A program made the position numbers and the translations under genes. Below the pieces are notes generated by a model. That model was not told the origin of the DNA. It saw nothing but the letters and a program-made list of their open reading frames with translations, and did no database searches. A stretch of 64,000 nucleotides of DNA, taken from the NCBI GenBank assembly GCA_002633005.1, contig NMRA01000041.1, forward strand, positions 625,294 through 689,293. Direction: 5' to 3'. Positions 1 through 12,400 of the stretch are shown piece by piece (the stretch's first letter is position 1; the number at the start of each line of letters is the position of its first letter). Source of the DNA: Phoronis australis. Lineage: Eukaryota > Animalia > Phoronida.

Positions 1-287
1 TGGTTGCACTGATAAAGCTTATCTTGTGCGATGCAGTCACGATACGACAGAAATATAGGCCGTGTGCCGTAGCTCCAGTCTTGTCATAGAAATGTGCAAG
101 TTTGAACATGTGGACGTTTTACTTTTATCAAATACGATAGTTTGTGATATCAACTAAAGACCTCAAAACAAAATTACCCCAGAATGTGATCACAGAAATG
201 TTTTTGTAAGCTTCCTGTGGCCCACGCCCTAGAAAAACCAAGTGAGCTCGACAATTTCTCTACAGTTTCGTCACATTTTCTGTGCAG

Positions 288-481
288 AAATGGTGAGGAA
301 TGGCACCGTCTCCGTCAATCTGTTAACAAGTTGATGATGTCAGTAAACGCGGCTAGTTCTTACTTACCAAGACAAAACGAAGTGGCAGACGACCTTGTGA
401 CGTTGCTTAGAAACGCTAGAGATGACGGTACTTGTGAGGTTAAGGACGTTCGTCGAGAGATAATAAAATACACCATTGAAG
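288..481 (+). CDS. CYP-A exon (NGEEWHRLRQSV...KYTIE)
   Basis: tgtgcag| acceptor, g|gtaaat donor; homologous to CYP-B exon 3. Confidence 0.9.
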
Positions 482-3400
482 GTAAATACAAAATATTGAA
501 AACATGACAAGGAATTGCCGAAGAGCAACACTTTATAATTTTATTCAATTAACTAGGAATTTTCAGTAGAATGCGACCTGTTTTTTAACGATATGACGTT
601 GTACAAGGCAGCTGAAACGAAGGAAGCCACGGCATCCCTCGCTGGTTCCCTACGTGCCTAGCCAACTACTGACCGCCTAGCGGCACGCAGGGGACCAGTG
701 AGGGGTATCCCAAAAATGAAACAAAATATGAGTTTCAATTAATGGTTTTACATGGACTTAATGGCATTTTTCGTAATTCAGGAATCTCAAACTTTGCTTT
801 ACAGAACACAAATGGTAGACGACTTGCCTCCTTTCTTCCAGTTTTCAATCACCGTCATTGTGTTGTTCGCACGTCTGTCTTTGGTTGGAATTCTTCCGGT
901 TCCGTCTTCGTCATCGAATGCCGTCTGATCAGTACTATAGCTCTACATTGCCCAGTTTATCTGGCACAGCAACTTTGAAATTTCACGAACATTTCACTGT
1001 CACCTGTGTTGCATGGGCGCCGCAGCATTGAAAAAAGTGTGAGGGCTATAGCCCCCCTGTGGTGCACCGCCCATAGACCAAGGGCTGCGCAGCCGCACTG
1101 AAAAAAGGTCGGCGGGCTTATAGTCCCCCCCAGCCCCCTATGGTGCGCCGCCCATGTGTTGAAAAATTCTCGATACCTGCTCAACTGATAGCGCAAGTTC
1201 GGTTCAAAAATGGTCTCGACAATTTTGTTATCTAAATTAATTGGAGCCAACTGCTATCTCATTATGCAAAACAAACTTTGGGTGTACTGGTTCAAATAAA
1301 TAACCATTATTTTCCAGCAAAATCATTTGTTGATAGGGAACTGGTATTTCCGATTTTTTCTGGAATCCCTGTGTTAACATGTAGGCTGACCCAAGGATGC
1401 TTGTTTCCGCCGCTGACTTTTGTGAACAACAACACAGAAAAAATGCAATTCTGTAGCCGGGGACAGAACACGTAGCCGACTTAGATAAGCACATAACCTG
1501 GAACACATGACTTGCAATTGAGTTACCTGTACCGGAAACAAAAAATAAACACAAAATACAAACAAACAAAAAAACACAGCCAACTTAGCGGCAAAGCCAG
1601 TGTCCCATCTAGCCCTACTGGATGCAGATATTACTGCCCCTGCGAGCACAAATTATTGGATTAGATGCATATTGGCTTAGCCGTTATGTCGCTTGTGACA
1701 CGTACAGCTGAGTACCAAATTGAGTTCTTAAAATTCCCCGTACATACAGAATTGTATACTAGTGGCCTTCTCTGGTTTTCTGGTAAACCAGATTAACCTT
1801 GGTTTCATTACCGACTCAGTTATCGACGCAGGCCAAATCTTCTCTAAAAGCCTTCTACGGTCGCTGACATCCGTTACTGGTATGCTGCGTTGAGTATTTC
1901 CCCAAAAAATCTTGAGTGCACGGCAGAATCTTTCAAGTTGCAATCAGGAAACTGATTGAGTCAGAAAGTTCTACAAAATGTTTTTGAATTGGTTAATATT
2001 GTACGTAATAAACCCGTGCTTTCTGTCAAACACAATTTCTAGTTTAAGCCAATAACCGCTTCAGGCCACAGCGTGAACGTTTCAGCTTGAAACTGAAGAT
2101 TCAAGATACAGGTACTGACCGAAACCGCGACGTTGGTCTTCTTAGGCAAATTTTGATTACAACCAATTTCACCTCTGACATATGCCATAAAGTTAATAAT
2201 GAAGTCGTGAAATCGTATGTGCTTATGAATAAAGTTGTTTTTAGCACGAGGGCATACAGTTTTATAGCCGTTTTAGGTTATTATTATATATTATATTATC
2301 ATTATGTATAAACATTTAGTTATAAATTATTAAAATACCCGAGTTCAAAATTCCTAACAGCGTTTTTGAGGTTACTAGTGAAGTTTTCATTTAAAAAAGG
2401 TTTCATTAAAATCGATCGAAGGGTTACTTTGCTATGAATGTACTTTTCTGAGAAATAAATTTTTGACTTAAAAAAGGTTTTTACGTAAAAATAATAATGG
2501 TATATTAATACAAAAAGTATTTTCATATTCCCTAATCTTTTTTCTTTCAGAAAATATATACTTTTACTAGTTGACAAAGCTTAGTTTTTTTGATATACGA
2601 GTTAGAATAGAGGACACTAAATAAGGTTTGAAATAACCTTAACTCAGGTTAACTCGGGAAAAGAACCCAGAGCTTCCGAATAGGGAACGATAGACGGCGT
2701 TGGGCCCTCAAGGATTTTTTGTGGAGTCGGGCCGATGTCGCACATACCCCAGTCATTACCACTGCAGAAGTTCACTTAGGAAGTTCCACAAATGTTCTGG
2801 ATGGTATGGAGCCGTTGGGCTTGTAACAATTGCAAATTTATCAAAACTTTGAAGAAATAATTCAATAAACCCCTCTGTTGCCGGGTAATTGGACTGATTT
2901 TGAAAGTTTTAGAGTTTATTCTAACCATGATGAGTACTAACTGATACTTCGACTGATTTTTTCTCACCAGGAGTGGCAATTTATTCATTTGCGCGTAATC
3001 ATTCATCTCCAGCTGAAGGGAACTGAAGGAGGCTCATATTCGCCCCTTCTCGAGTCGGGTTCGAAACCCCCGACCAACGGTAGGCTATTTCTGGCGACTA
3101 CATTCTATGGGAGCGCCCGTCAGTTGTTCGGGCCACAAAGAACACGGGGATCCTCGGTGTGAACTTAATTAATTTCTTATCGCCGGTTCATTCTACCGTG
3201 AGAATGTTTTCACATACTAAAACATATGGTAAAATGATAGTATATAAAACGATTCACGGTCTCTGAATATTTAGCGATCAAGTGTCACTTTGTGTCACCG
3301 ACACTTCGGTGCAATGAATAAAGTTCATCATCGGGTTCACGCAGATAACGCAGCCAAGAATGAAGAAATGACCAAAGAGGACCACAAATTATGAAGTCGC

Positions 3401-6400
3401 ATTTTACACACTAATATATAGTGGCATTTATCGGTAAACATAAGAAGCTGATACTATGAGAAATGCTTTGGAAACGGTGTCTTTAGTAGAGGTAAAACAC
3501 ATTAACAGCATCCCAGTGCCAATAATATGCAATCTTTAGGGATCGAATTGGCGTCATTTTGTAAGTAAATACTTCAATTAAATCACACTGCTCGGATTGT
3601 CGATAACGTGAACAGATTTTTTTTTCTAAATCACATTTGAAAACTCGTTAATGCTGAAGCCAAAACAATTGTCTCTTCCTGGTTATGTCTTCCAGACGTA
3701 ACTGATATTGGATATACAGCAGTATTACACGACACATTATTACACGACCACTGACAGTATTACATGACACAATATTACACGACCACTGATATACACTAGT
3801 ATTACACGAAAAAATATTTACAGTTCCATTGACATACAGTAGTACTACACAACACAATATTGACGCGACCACTTATATACAGCAGTGTAACACGAATATT
3901 TACACTTTCACTGATATACTATTTATTACATGACACAATAGTACTCACTTGTAAAAACTTGACTTCAAGGTCACAAACTCGTGTCCTTTACCGAATTGTC
4001 ACATGACCTTTGTGTCATTTACAGCTTTTGGATGTGTCTGTTTTGACGAACGATTGGGTGTTTTAGTAAAGGAGTTCAAACAGGGATCGTTGGCACACCG
4101 TATTCATACGGCGGTACACGACATGTTTGAGGCTACGCAAAAGACAACGTTTGCATTTCCCTGGTACAACTTCTTCAAGACGAAGCATTACGTGAAGTTT
4201 ATTGAAAGCCATAAAACTCTTGACATGTAAGTTGTTGGCCGCAATAAAAATTGCACTAGTAGTGGTTATTATTATTATTCATGTAATTATCATTACTATT
4301 AGAATTATTATTCATATTATTATCGTTATTATTCATATAATTATTATTACTATTGCTATTATTAATATTCATATTCATATCATCATTATTATTCATATAA
4401 TTATTATTACTATTACTATTATTATTCATATTATTATCATTATTATTATTATTGTTATTAATGTTTCCCGGTCCATATTCTTATCTTTTGTGGCTAGCAG
4501 TTGTGAATTCCCGACCATGTAGTTTGATGACTACTTCCAGTATGAAGAATAATTTGATTCGTTTACTAGGATAGCGTTTGATTACATCGACTCAGTCTTG
4601 GATCAAGTAAAACGCGGCGAAACAGGGGGTGAGTTCCTGAGGACTTTACTGTATTCGGGAATCTCAAAAGAAGAAGCCATTTGTATAACGACTGACCTGT
4701 TCACTGCTGGCATAGATTCCGTGAGTATACTCACCATTCACATTACATTGAAACTGCCGCGTATACTCAGCAAGTTATGCTTATGTAGGACCGCAGTGGC
4801 GGATCTACGGGGGGTTCAGGGGGTTTAAACCCCCCCCTCGGGCCAGGACCCAAAAATTAAAAAAAAAAAAAAAACAAAAGCGTCTCCAGCAAAACAAAAA
4901 CGGCACCGCCAGCGTGTGTAAACCCCAAGTAAACCAACTTGGAAAAAATTGAGGGGAGGGGTTCACTCTGAAAATATAGTTTTTTGCATTGTGAATTGCT
5001 GAGTCTTTGTGGCTCATCGGCAAAACGCGCGGGGATTTATTGTGCGCGCGCTTCGTGCAACGTTTTTACCTCATCTGTCATGCCGTGTCATTCTATTAAA
5101 CTCAACACGTTTGTAACTGGTGTATAGTAAAGTTGTCTTGCGCAATATCGTACAGTGTACATGTACATGTAATATTGTGTACATGTACATGTAATATTTT
5201 TGAAAAAAATTCTTTTTCCGAAGAATTGCTATTGTGGCGGGCGCCGTGGTCTGGTCGCGAGTCCGTTTGAAGACACACNGGTTTCGTGAAACTGTTTTCA
5301 GATGATTTGTTTCCTGATAGATTTGACGTTTTTCAATTGTTGTCAACGTGATTCAGCTTAATAAAGTGATACCTAATTATTTATTGTCGCTTTTAATAAT
5401 AGACTATGAGTTGAGAGCACCACCGTTCGCCAGTTTTTCTCGTAACGAGACAGAACACATGTTTATTTCCGGACTAACGGTACAGGTCTTCGTTCTTAAA
5501 CAACTTGAGGCTGCTGTTACGCGATCATCTGATATTCAAGTTTTTTACGCCCCGTCGGTGCTCCTTAATTATGCTCTTGAATATTTGGAAATTGTCTAAG
5601 CCCCTGTATACACAGCACACTTTTTCGTATACGACTTTTCGTATGCTAAAAAAGGTGTATGTAAGCAGATGTTCCAACAAAAATTTTTGCTGGTGGCGTG
5701 ACTCATACCCAAATGTGCACAATATGGTTTCACGCCTTATGTGCCAAGTTCACGTGACGAAATCGAGAACGGTTTTTAATTATCTTAAGAAAAACTCCAA
5801 AGACATGTTAGGTGACAGAAACTTACCAGGATGCATGGAAATTGCACTATTTGGCTACAAAAATCAAAAAATATCTTACACGGGAGGGGAACCCCCCTCC
5901 CGACCTCCCCCCGCTTGGCGCTACGCGCCTAGGATTCGACCTTGGCGGGAATCCTAAACCCCCCTTGCTGAAAACGTAGATCCGCCACTGGGACCTGATC
6001 ACAAACGAGCCTGTGCACATAGTCAAATGTTTACAAAACTATAGATTTTAACTCGGTGAAAGTACTGTTTACACTTCCTGAAAGTAGGAAGCCATTACTT
6101 GGATCACGTGACCATGTCTTTTAGTAAAACTTAGTAAAAAAGAAATATAGGCCTACAGCAACGATATCAGTACCAGGGGCGGATCCAGGATTTTGAGTTA
6201 GGGGGACCAGGGCAGAGTATTAGTCAGGGTTTTGCCCGTCAGACATTCGGACCCCTACACTGCCAAATGGAATCTGGGATAATTTTAAGGGGGCCATGGC
6301 CCCTCTAAATCCGCCACTGAGTACCATGACCTATTTCATTTGGTGTAAATCTTCAAGATATTATCTCAAAAACACTAAAGCAGCTTTCCAAATTATCATT

Positions 6401-9400
6401 TCGTTTTCGTTTTATGCAACTTTCAAGTTTTTTTCATTTAAATCATAACATAAATGTCCTATTTTTGATAGCCCATAATGCAAAAAAGTAACGTTATGAA
6501 ACAATTCATAATAGCCTTGTGGAGAAGAGTACATAAAGCAAACATAGTAGGTGAGAGTTTTGATATGAATCCGATCAGCCATTTCTGAAATTTGATGTTC
6601 AGAAGATTAGCAAATTTGAGCATTTTCAAGGCCTAATAGCGGTCTTCGTGTCATGTCGTTTACTGACAACTTGCACCTGGGACAAAGTATATTTTTTATT
6701 TCAGTGTGTCATAAATGACGATTCATAAAAACGAAAGATTTTACATACTGGTAATCCAAGGATAAGATAGCCTCTTTACCAAAGTACACTGCATACAGCC
6801 ATTATACAACAAATCTATAAACAACATTTGGAATAATCGAAAGTTTCGTTTTATTTTTAATTACATGACAAATACCTCGACATTAAACATCTTTACTGAT
6901 TCGTTTACATTTGCTTTGACATTTCAGACCGGAAATGCGCTGTCATTCGTCCTGTATAATTTGGCGAAACACCCCGAAGAACAAAACGAATTACACGGAC
7001 GAATAGAGTCGCTCATGAATAGAAACAGTCCAGTCACAGAGGACATACTAAAGAAGATGTCTTATCTTAAAGCGTGCGTAACAGAATCATTTCGGTAAGT
7101 TTTCGTCAAGTGTTATTAAACTGAAAAAGTTGTTGAATCAAATGGCAGTGATTTAGGCTTCTCAGTTTAAAAGATTTATCTAAACTGGTACTAGTTTTCG
7201 TATTTATCAAGAGTGCAATCGCGCATTTATGTATGTATGTAAACTGTCCAAAAGCTCGGAAATATAATTGAAGTTTTTAATATTTTTTTCTTCTATTTAA
7301 AATGGTGTAGTGTTGCATACTACAGGAAGACTGGGTGGTTAAATTTCCATGTGAAAAACATTACATAATCATTTCAATGTTTATTTTACGTGCTATTACA
7401 CGGAGCTAGGTGTTTAAGTAAATCTTGCACATTAGGGTTATGTTGGTCAAATATTGTTATCGACAACTATCACGGACCAAAACGAATGGTCTCATCAACG
7501 TTATTCATGAATTTGTTACAAACGTGATCACCCCTGAAATCGGTGGTACACTGTAGTGCACCGATGATCCCCGAGCGGTCTAAGTTCTTATACTTCACCT
7601 TTTGATAAGTCTGTCGATATTATACCTCAAGAGCAAGACTGCGAACTGCTCTTCAACAGCAAAAGTCAGGTGCCGGCTCAAATTACCCGTACGCTTCAGT
7701 TAGTAACTGACAAGCTTGCTATCCAACACTAACGTATTAACAAGCTGCTTTTCCTTATATATGTATGTACATGCATATATTGCATTTAAAATATAATGCA
7801 TTTTGGCATCAAAATTTCCTTAAGACAAGTTTTGTTAATTATGGCATTGCATTTATATGTATATGTATTTGTTCGTTTTAGACTTAATTTTCCCACGGAA
7901 GGAGGAACGACAAGAATCTTAGAACGTGATTTAGAACTCGGAGGATACCTCGTCCCAAAAGGAGTACGTTAACAGAGTCCATTCTCGTTGTACACCATTT
8001 TTATATTCGCACAATTTTCAATTTCTTTTTCTAAAAAGTTTCAGAATCATGCTCTTTACTACTTCCGAACAAAAATCAATATAATGGCGTTTCCCACAAT
8101 GTTCCGACCAGTTTTCTGTGAACACTGGCGCTTCACCCTGTAACGTTTTCGACACTGTGAGCGTAGAATTGGATGCCCATGAGGTAGGTCTCAGGCCAGA
8201 ATAACATTTTCTGCATAAACGGTGGAAGTGTGACTATTACAGAAAAGGTAAAGTCCAGGAAATTACGGTAACATTTTTGTCCTACACTGTATATGTACAA
8301 ACTCCTTTACAATATTAAGTTGTTATTGTGAGCTCGAATTTTTATCATCCAAAAATCAGATTGTGCAAAAAATGTGTTAAAAAGATAAATAGTTCAGACT
8401 TTGGGTAACGCCATAAAGTGAATAAAATGGACAAAACCTAGAACAAAATGTTCATTTTCTGTTGCGCGAAAACTGTACACAATATGATCGTCTACCTTGT
8501 ATGCCCACCAACAGTTGTATTTCGATGGTATTTCGATCAGCTTGTTGTATACCTCAAGGTCAGCTGCAACTCCGCCTGGGAATATCTGTCACAATAAACT
8601 GAAAATGAAATAAATTCCCCTTCATAACGTTTCTTAAGGAGACGTACCTTTGCGTTTGAGGGACAATGACATCTATGGTGGGCAAGGCACATAGTTCCAA
8701 CTTTCTCGTGGACTTTAAGTAACTGCTTTTTTGCTGGGAGTTTCAACGGATAACTACGACAAATGCCACCCCTGCCAAAGTTATCGCTGCTTAGTCCCAC
8801 AATCCCAAAGCCAATATGGTGCCGAGAAGACCTTTCAAGCCTACAGCAGTATCAGGTTTTCTCTGATTGTTTTTGTTCATATTTTACTGAACCTGATACC
8901 ATATAGAGCTGCATTATCAAAATGGACCCTATGGGAAGCAAAGGAACCATTGGACTCACCAGTACATCCACGAAGCCAAGCTTTTGAGCCCATTCACAGA
9001 TTACCCACGCCCATTGCCTTCTCAAACTACACTCACAGATGTCTGATCCATTTAGCTAGATACCGTAGGTAGCAGTGTTGTTTTGCATTATACTCTAATG
9101 TTCGGTGGCAAGATTAGGTGCGATTTCATAGCGCAAATGATAGTGGAAATTATTACTTCCACACAAATCTTGGAATGTGCCCACGTTTAGTACCTGTATC
9201 TGCAGGTCTTGGTTTGCGTTCACGTTTAATGCCTGTCTCTTGAGGTCTTGGGTTGTACCCACGTTTAATGCCTGTCTTGAGTTGTGCTCAATTTTCAGAA
9301 AGTAACATGCTCTGTTATTTGATGTTCATGATATTCATGTTCATTTGCATAACCAACAAACACAACAGAAGCCATCAGCTACTGAAGGAAACGCTTTAGA

Positions 9401-12400
9401 TTTAATTGGGGTTGGGCAACACTAAAACGGGGGATACACGCATTGCCTGTGACTTACGGTTGCTTAACATCATGGCAAGGAATTGTATGAGACCCATTTT
9501 ATTACAGTAAAAAACTAATCCGATTTTCATTTTTAGCTAAGTAGGGCAAAATGCAGCTTTAATTCAGGCATATTTTCAGCTGCATGCTTTCACCAGGCAT
9601 TTTTCTCATTCGTTCTTCGTATATCGTTGATGTGTTGTCCAAGTACCCGAAGCGCTTTCGCTTGTAACCAATGTGGGACCGTCAAAGATGGCAGGTTATC
9701 ATTGTGATCACATAGTTCCACGCCAAGGCTGGAGTCGGAATTTACATTTGATTGACTCATGGGAGTAGTCCGTTCCAGAACGCCTTGCAATCAAATGCTA
9801 CCCAGTTCTTCATTGTTATTCATCCATTTTCAGACAATGGTTGCTACGAATAACCAAACAATGTGTTTACAACGAGAATGGTTTGTTCACGAATCTGAGT
9901 ACAGGCCACAGAGGTGGTTGCACAAAACGGAAGACTCCACGTTGAAACGGCCTCCACCATTTGTGATGACGCCTTTTGGGTACGGTCCTCGAATGTGTAT
10001 TGGGCGGCGCTTTGCGGAACAGGAAATCTTCCTAGCAGTTATAAAAGCAAGTATTGGAATAGTTTTGTAGCTACTCATCTGTGTATATCTGCGGTTGTCG
10101 CAGTGCGACATAATTCCGAATTATGTCTGACATTAGTAATCATGTCTGGCATAAGTTAATTTATGTCTGACATAATTCTTGAACAATATTGTACATAATT
10201 CAACAATTCCAACTGCAATGTTATTTATATCGAACATTAAATTAACATTAATATCCACTATTTTTCAACTTAACTCTGACATAAGTCAACTAATGATAAT
10301 CGTCGATACATTTTTTAATTCAGTCCACACTGTTTTCAGTCGATTTAGTACACTGTTTACGTTTCCGATATTGGCGCTTTCATCAATGAATGAACTTCTT
10401 ACATACTTCACATCTCACTTGAAATTTTGCAGAAAAACGGCATGGTGTGTAAGACGCGCCATGTTTGCTTAGTAAGAATCTTTGTTTATTGAGAATGTAT
10501 AGACGATTCTCATTGGATAATTTATGTCAGACATAAAACGATTCATGTCAGATATGAATAGAATAATAGGATATTAATCATATTTATATCTGACATAAAT
10601 AGGATTGAGTGGTTGACATTAATGAATTATATACGATATTATTCGAGAATAATGTCAAACACAAATTATTTAATATCATACATTATTATTTATTTCTGAC
10701 ATAAATCTGATTTATGTTAGCCACAACTTGGATTTATTTCAGACAAAAATTGGAATTATGCTGTTCTGAGCCAGCCATACACTTACTGTAAATTCGATTA
10801 CGATATGCACTTTAATGAAACATTTTTAATAGATTGCGCTGTGCCCACCTGTCGGAGTACTAGCTGAAAGCCCTTGTATAATTGAAACAAAAACATTGAA
10901 AGCTATTTAGGTTTACCAGTACGGCGACTTAGTGTTCTAAACTTCATCTGCACAAGGAAGTGTAGATTCAACTGCTATTATACTTAAATCTGACACGTCC
11001 GATGAAACTGGCGCAAATGACAGCGGTATATGCACGACGTCGAGACATATTTCCTGTATACTTCTGAGTCACGAGCATTCAAGATGAGATCGATCGGAGT
11101 ATGCCACCCGATTTGATTAGTCTTTTTACCTTCTTAATCGGTCTATATCCACATCGCCTCGCATACGGTCGACCTTACCTTGCCGAAAGGTGTCAGGTTA
11201 ACCTGTGAAGTAGGTGAGAAACGACGCAGTGACGTCAGTGGTTCATCTGCAGAGTGAATGCCGCTATGTTGCGGTACATCGTTCCCGCTTGTCCGAACTA
11301 TTAAGCTGCGAGGAAAGCGGGTATATCTTTTTTGACTTCCTCGAGAGCCCGAAATGGTTGGGAAGTGGCTCGCGGTAGTGAAGACTGAAAAGCATGGGCT
11401 CACCCAGGGGGAGCTCCGGGGGCTCGAAGGAGCCCCCAATTTGGAGAATTGGGAAAAAAGGTCCGCCTCAGCGAAACAAAAAGTCCGAGTGTAAGAGACA
11501 AAAGTCCACAGGAATTCTGCGCGCATGCACAATTCGTAGGCCGGATCCTAGTGGCCCGTCGGTGTTTTTTCACCGAAAAATTCGCGCCCCCTTAGGCTGG
11601 GTGCGCTCATGAAAAGTACACTGTTAATAGCAAGTATGAGGCCGTGAAACATCTCCGTGCCTGTGGCCGGCATTTCGTCGACAGTGATTTCTCCTTCTGA
11701 GGAATGCCGACTTACCAAAGAACTATCCATACGTTCTGTTTCCTGTGCATGTACACAGCGCCTCTCTAGTATTTCATGATTATTGTATTGCGCCTCCCGT
11801 TCAGTAACGCTAGGACCTCGCTAAAAGCAAGACTTCGCGAGATTACGTGAGATATTGCCGTGCATTTCAAATGAGGACACGTGACATGGAGTAGGTTTTA
11901 GATAGGTCCTAGCGTAGGTCCTCGCGTCTACTGAACGCACGCCCGGTTCCAACTGATAGCATGTGAAAAACCTAACGATCCACTTGTGAAGTCTTCGTCG
12001 GGTAAGCTCTAGTCTAAGTCGGGATTGCGAGTTGCCATGTTGACGTTTATTATTCTGCGTTCTGTTTCAAAATGAATTATTCTCACCCTACCCAATGCTT
12101 ATATAAGACTGAAACAAAGTCTGTCTCATAAGATACAATTTGTAATGCCTTTGAAGTATTCGTGAGTGCAGATTATTTGAGAAGCTAGCAATGAATAAAG
12201 CACGCGTTACGGGCTTTAGATGCAATAAGGGTAATTGATCGGGCACCGAGGCCGTGTGAGCGCTTGGTAATTCAGTGTTTGCTGACAGACAGCTGTTGTG
12301 AAACAATAACTCGATTTTATATGCTATGGTCAGATGTTAGGGGAATCTTTATTTAAATATACTTATACGTTATGCGAATCATGGTTGTGTACAACATTTG

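Noticed and set aside
2080-2135. Possible Penelope-type hammerhead ribozyme (ctgaaga...cgaaac)
   Set aside because: Could not form convincing stems II and III by eye; core spacing is atypical
4202-4522. Poly-Ile 106-aa ORF
   Set aside because: Translation of an (ATT)n microsatellite in an intron
8520-9075. ORF-like stretch in a CYP-A intron
   Set aside because: Multiple stops in all frames and no motif I could recognise; possibly a decayed TE but unsupported
10433-10910. Nearby candidate last exons for CYP-A (after AG at ~10432 and ~10832)
   Set aside because: No similarity to P450 C-termini; the true homologous last exon is at 15398-15505
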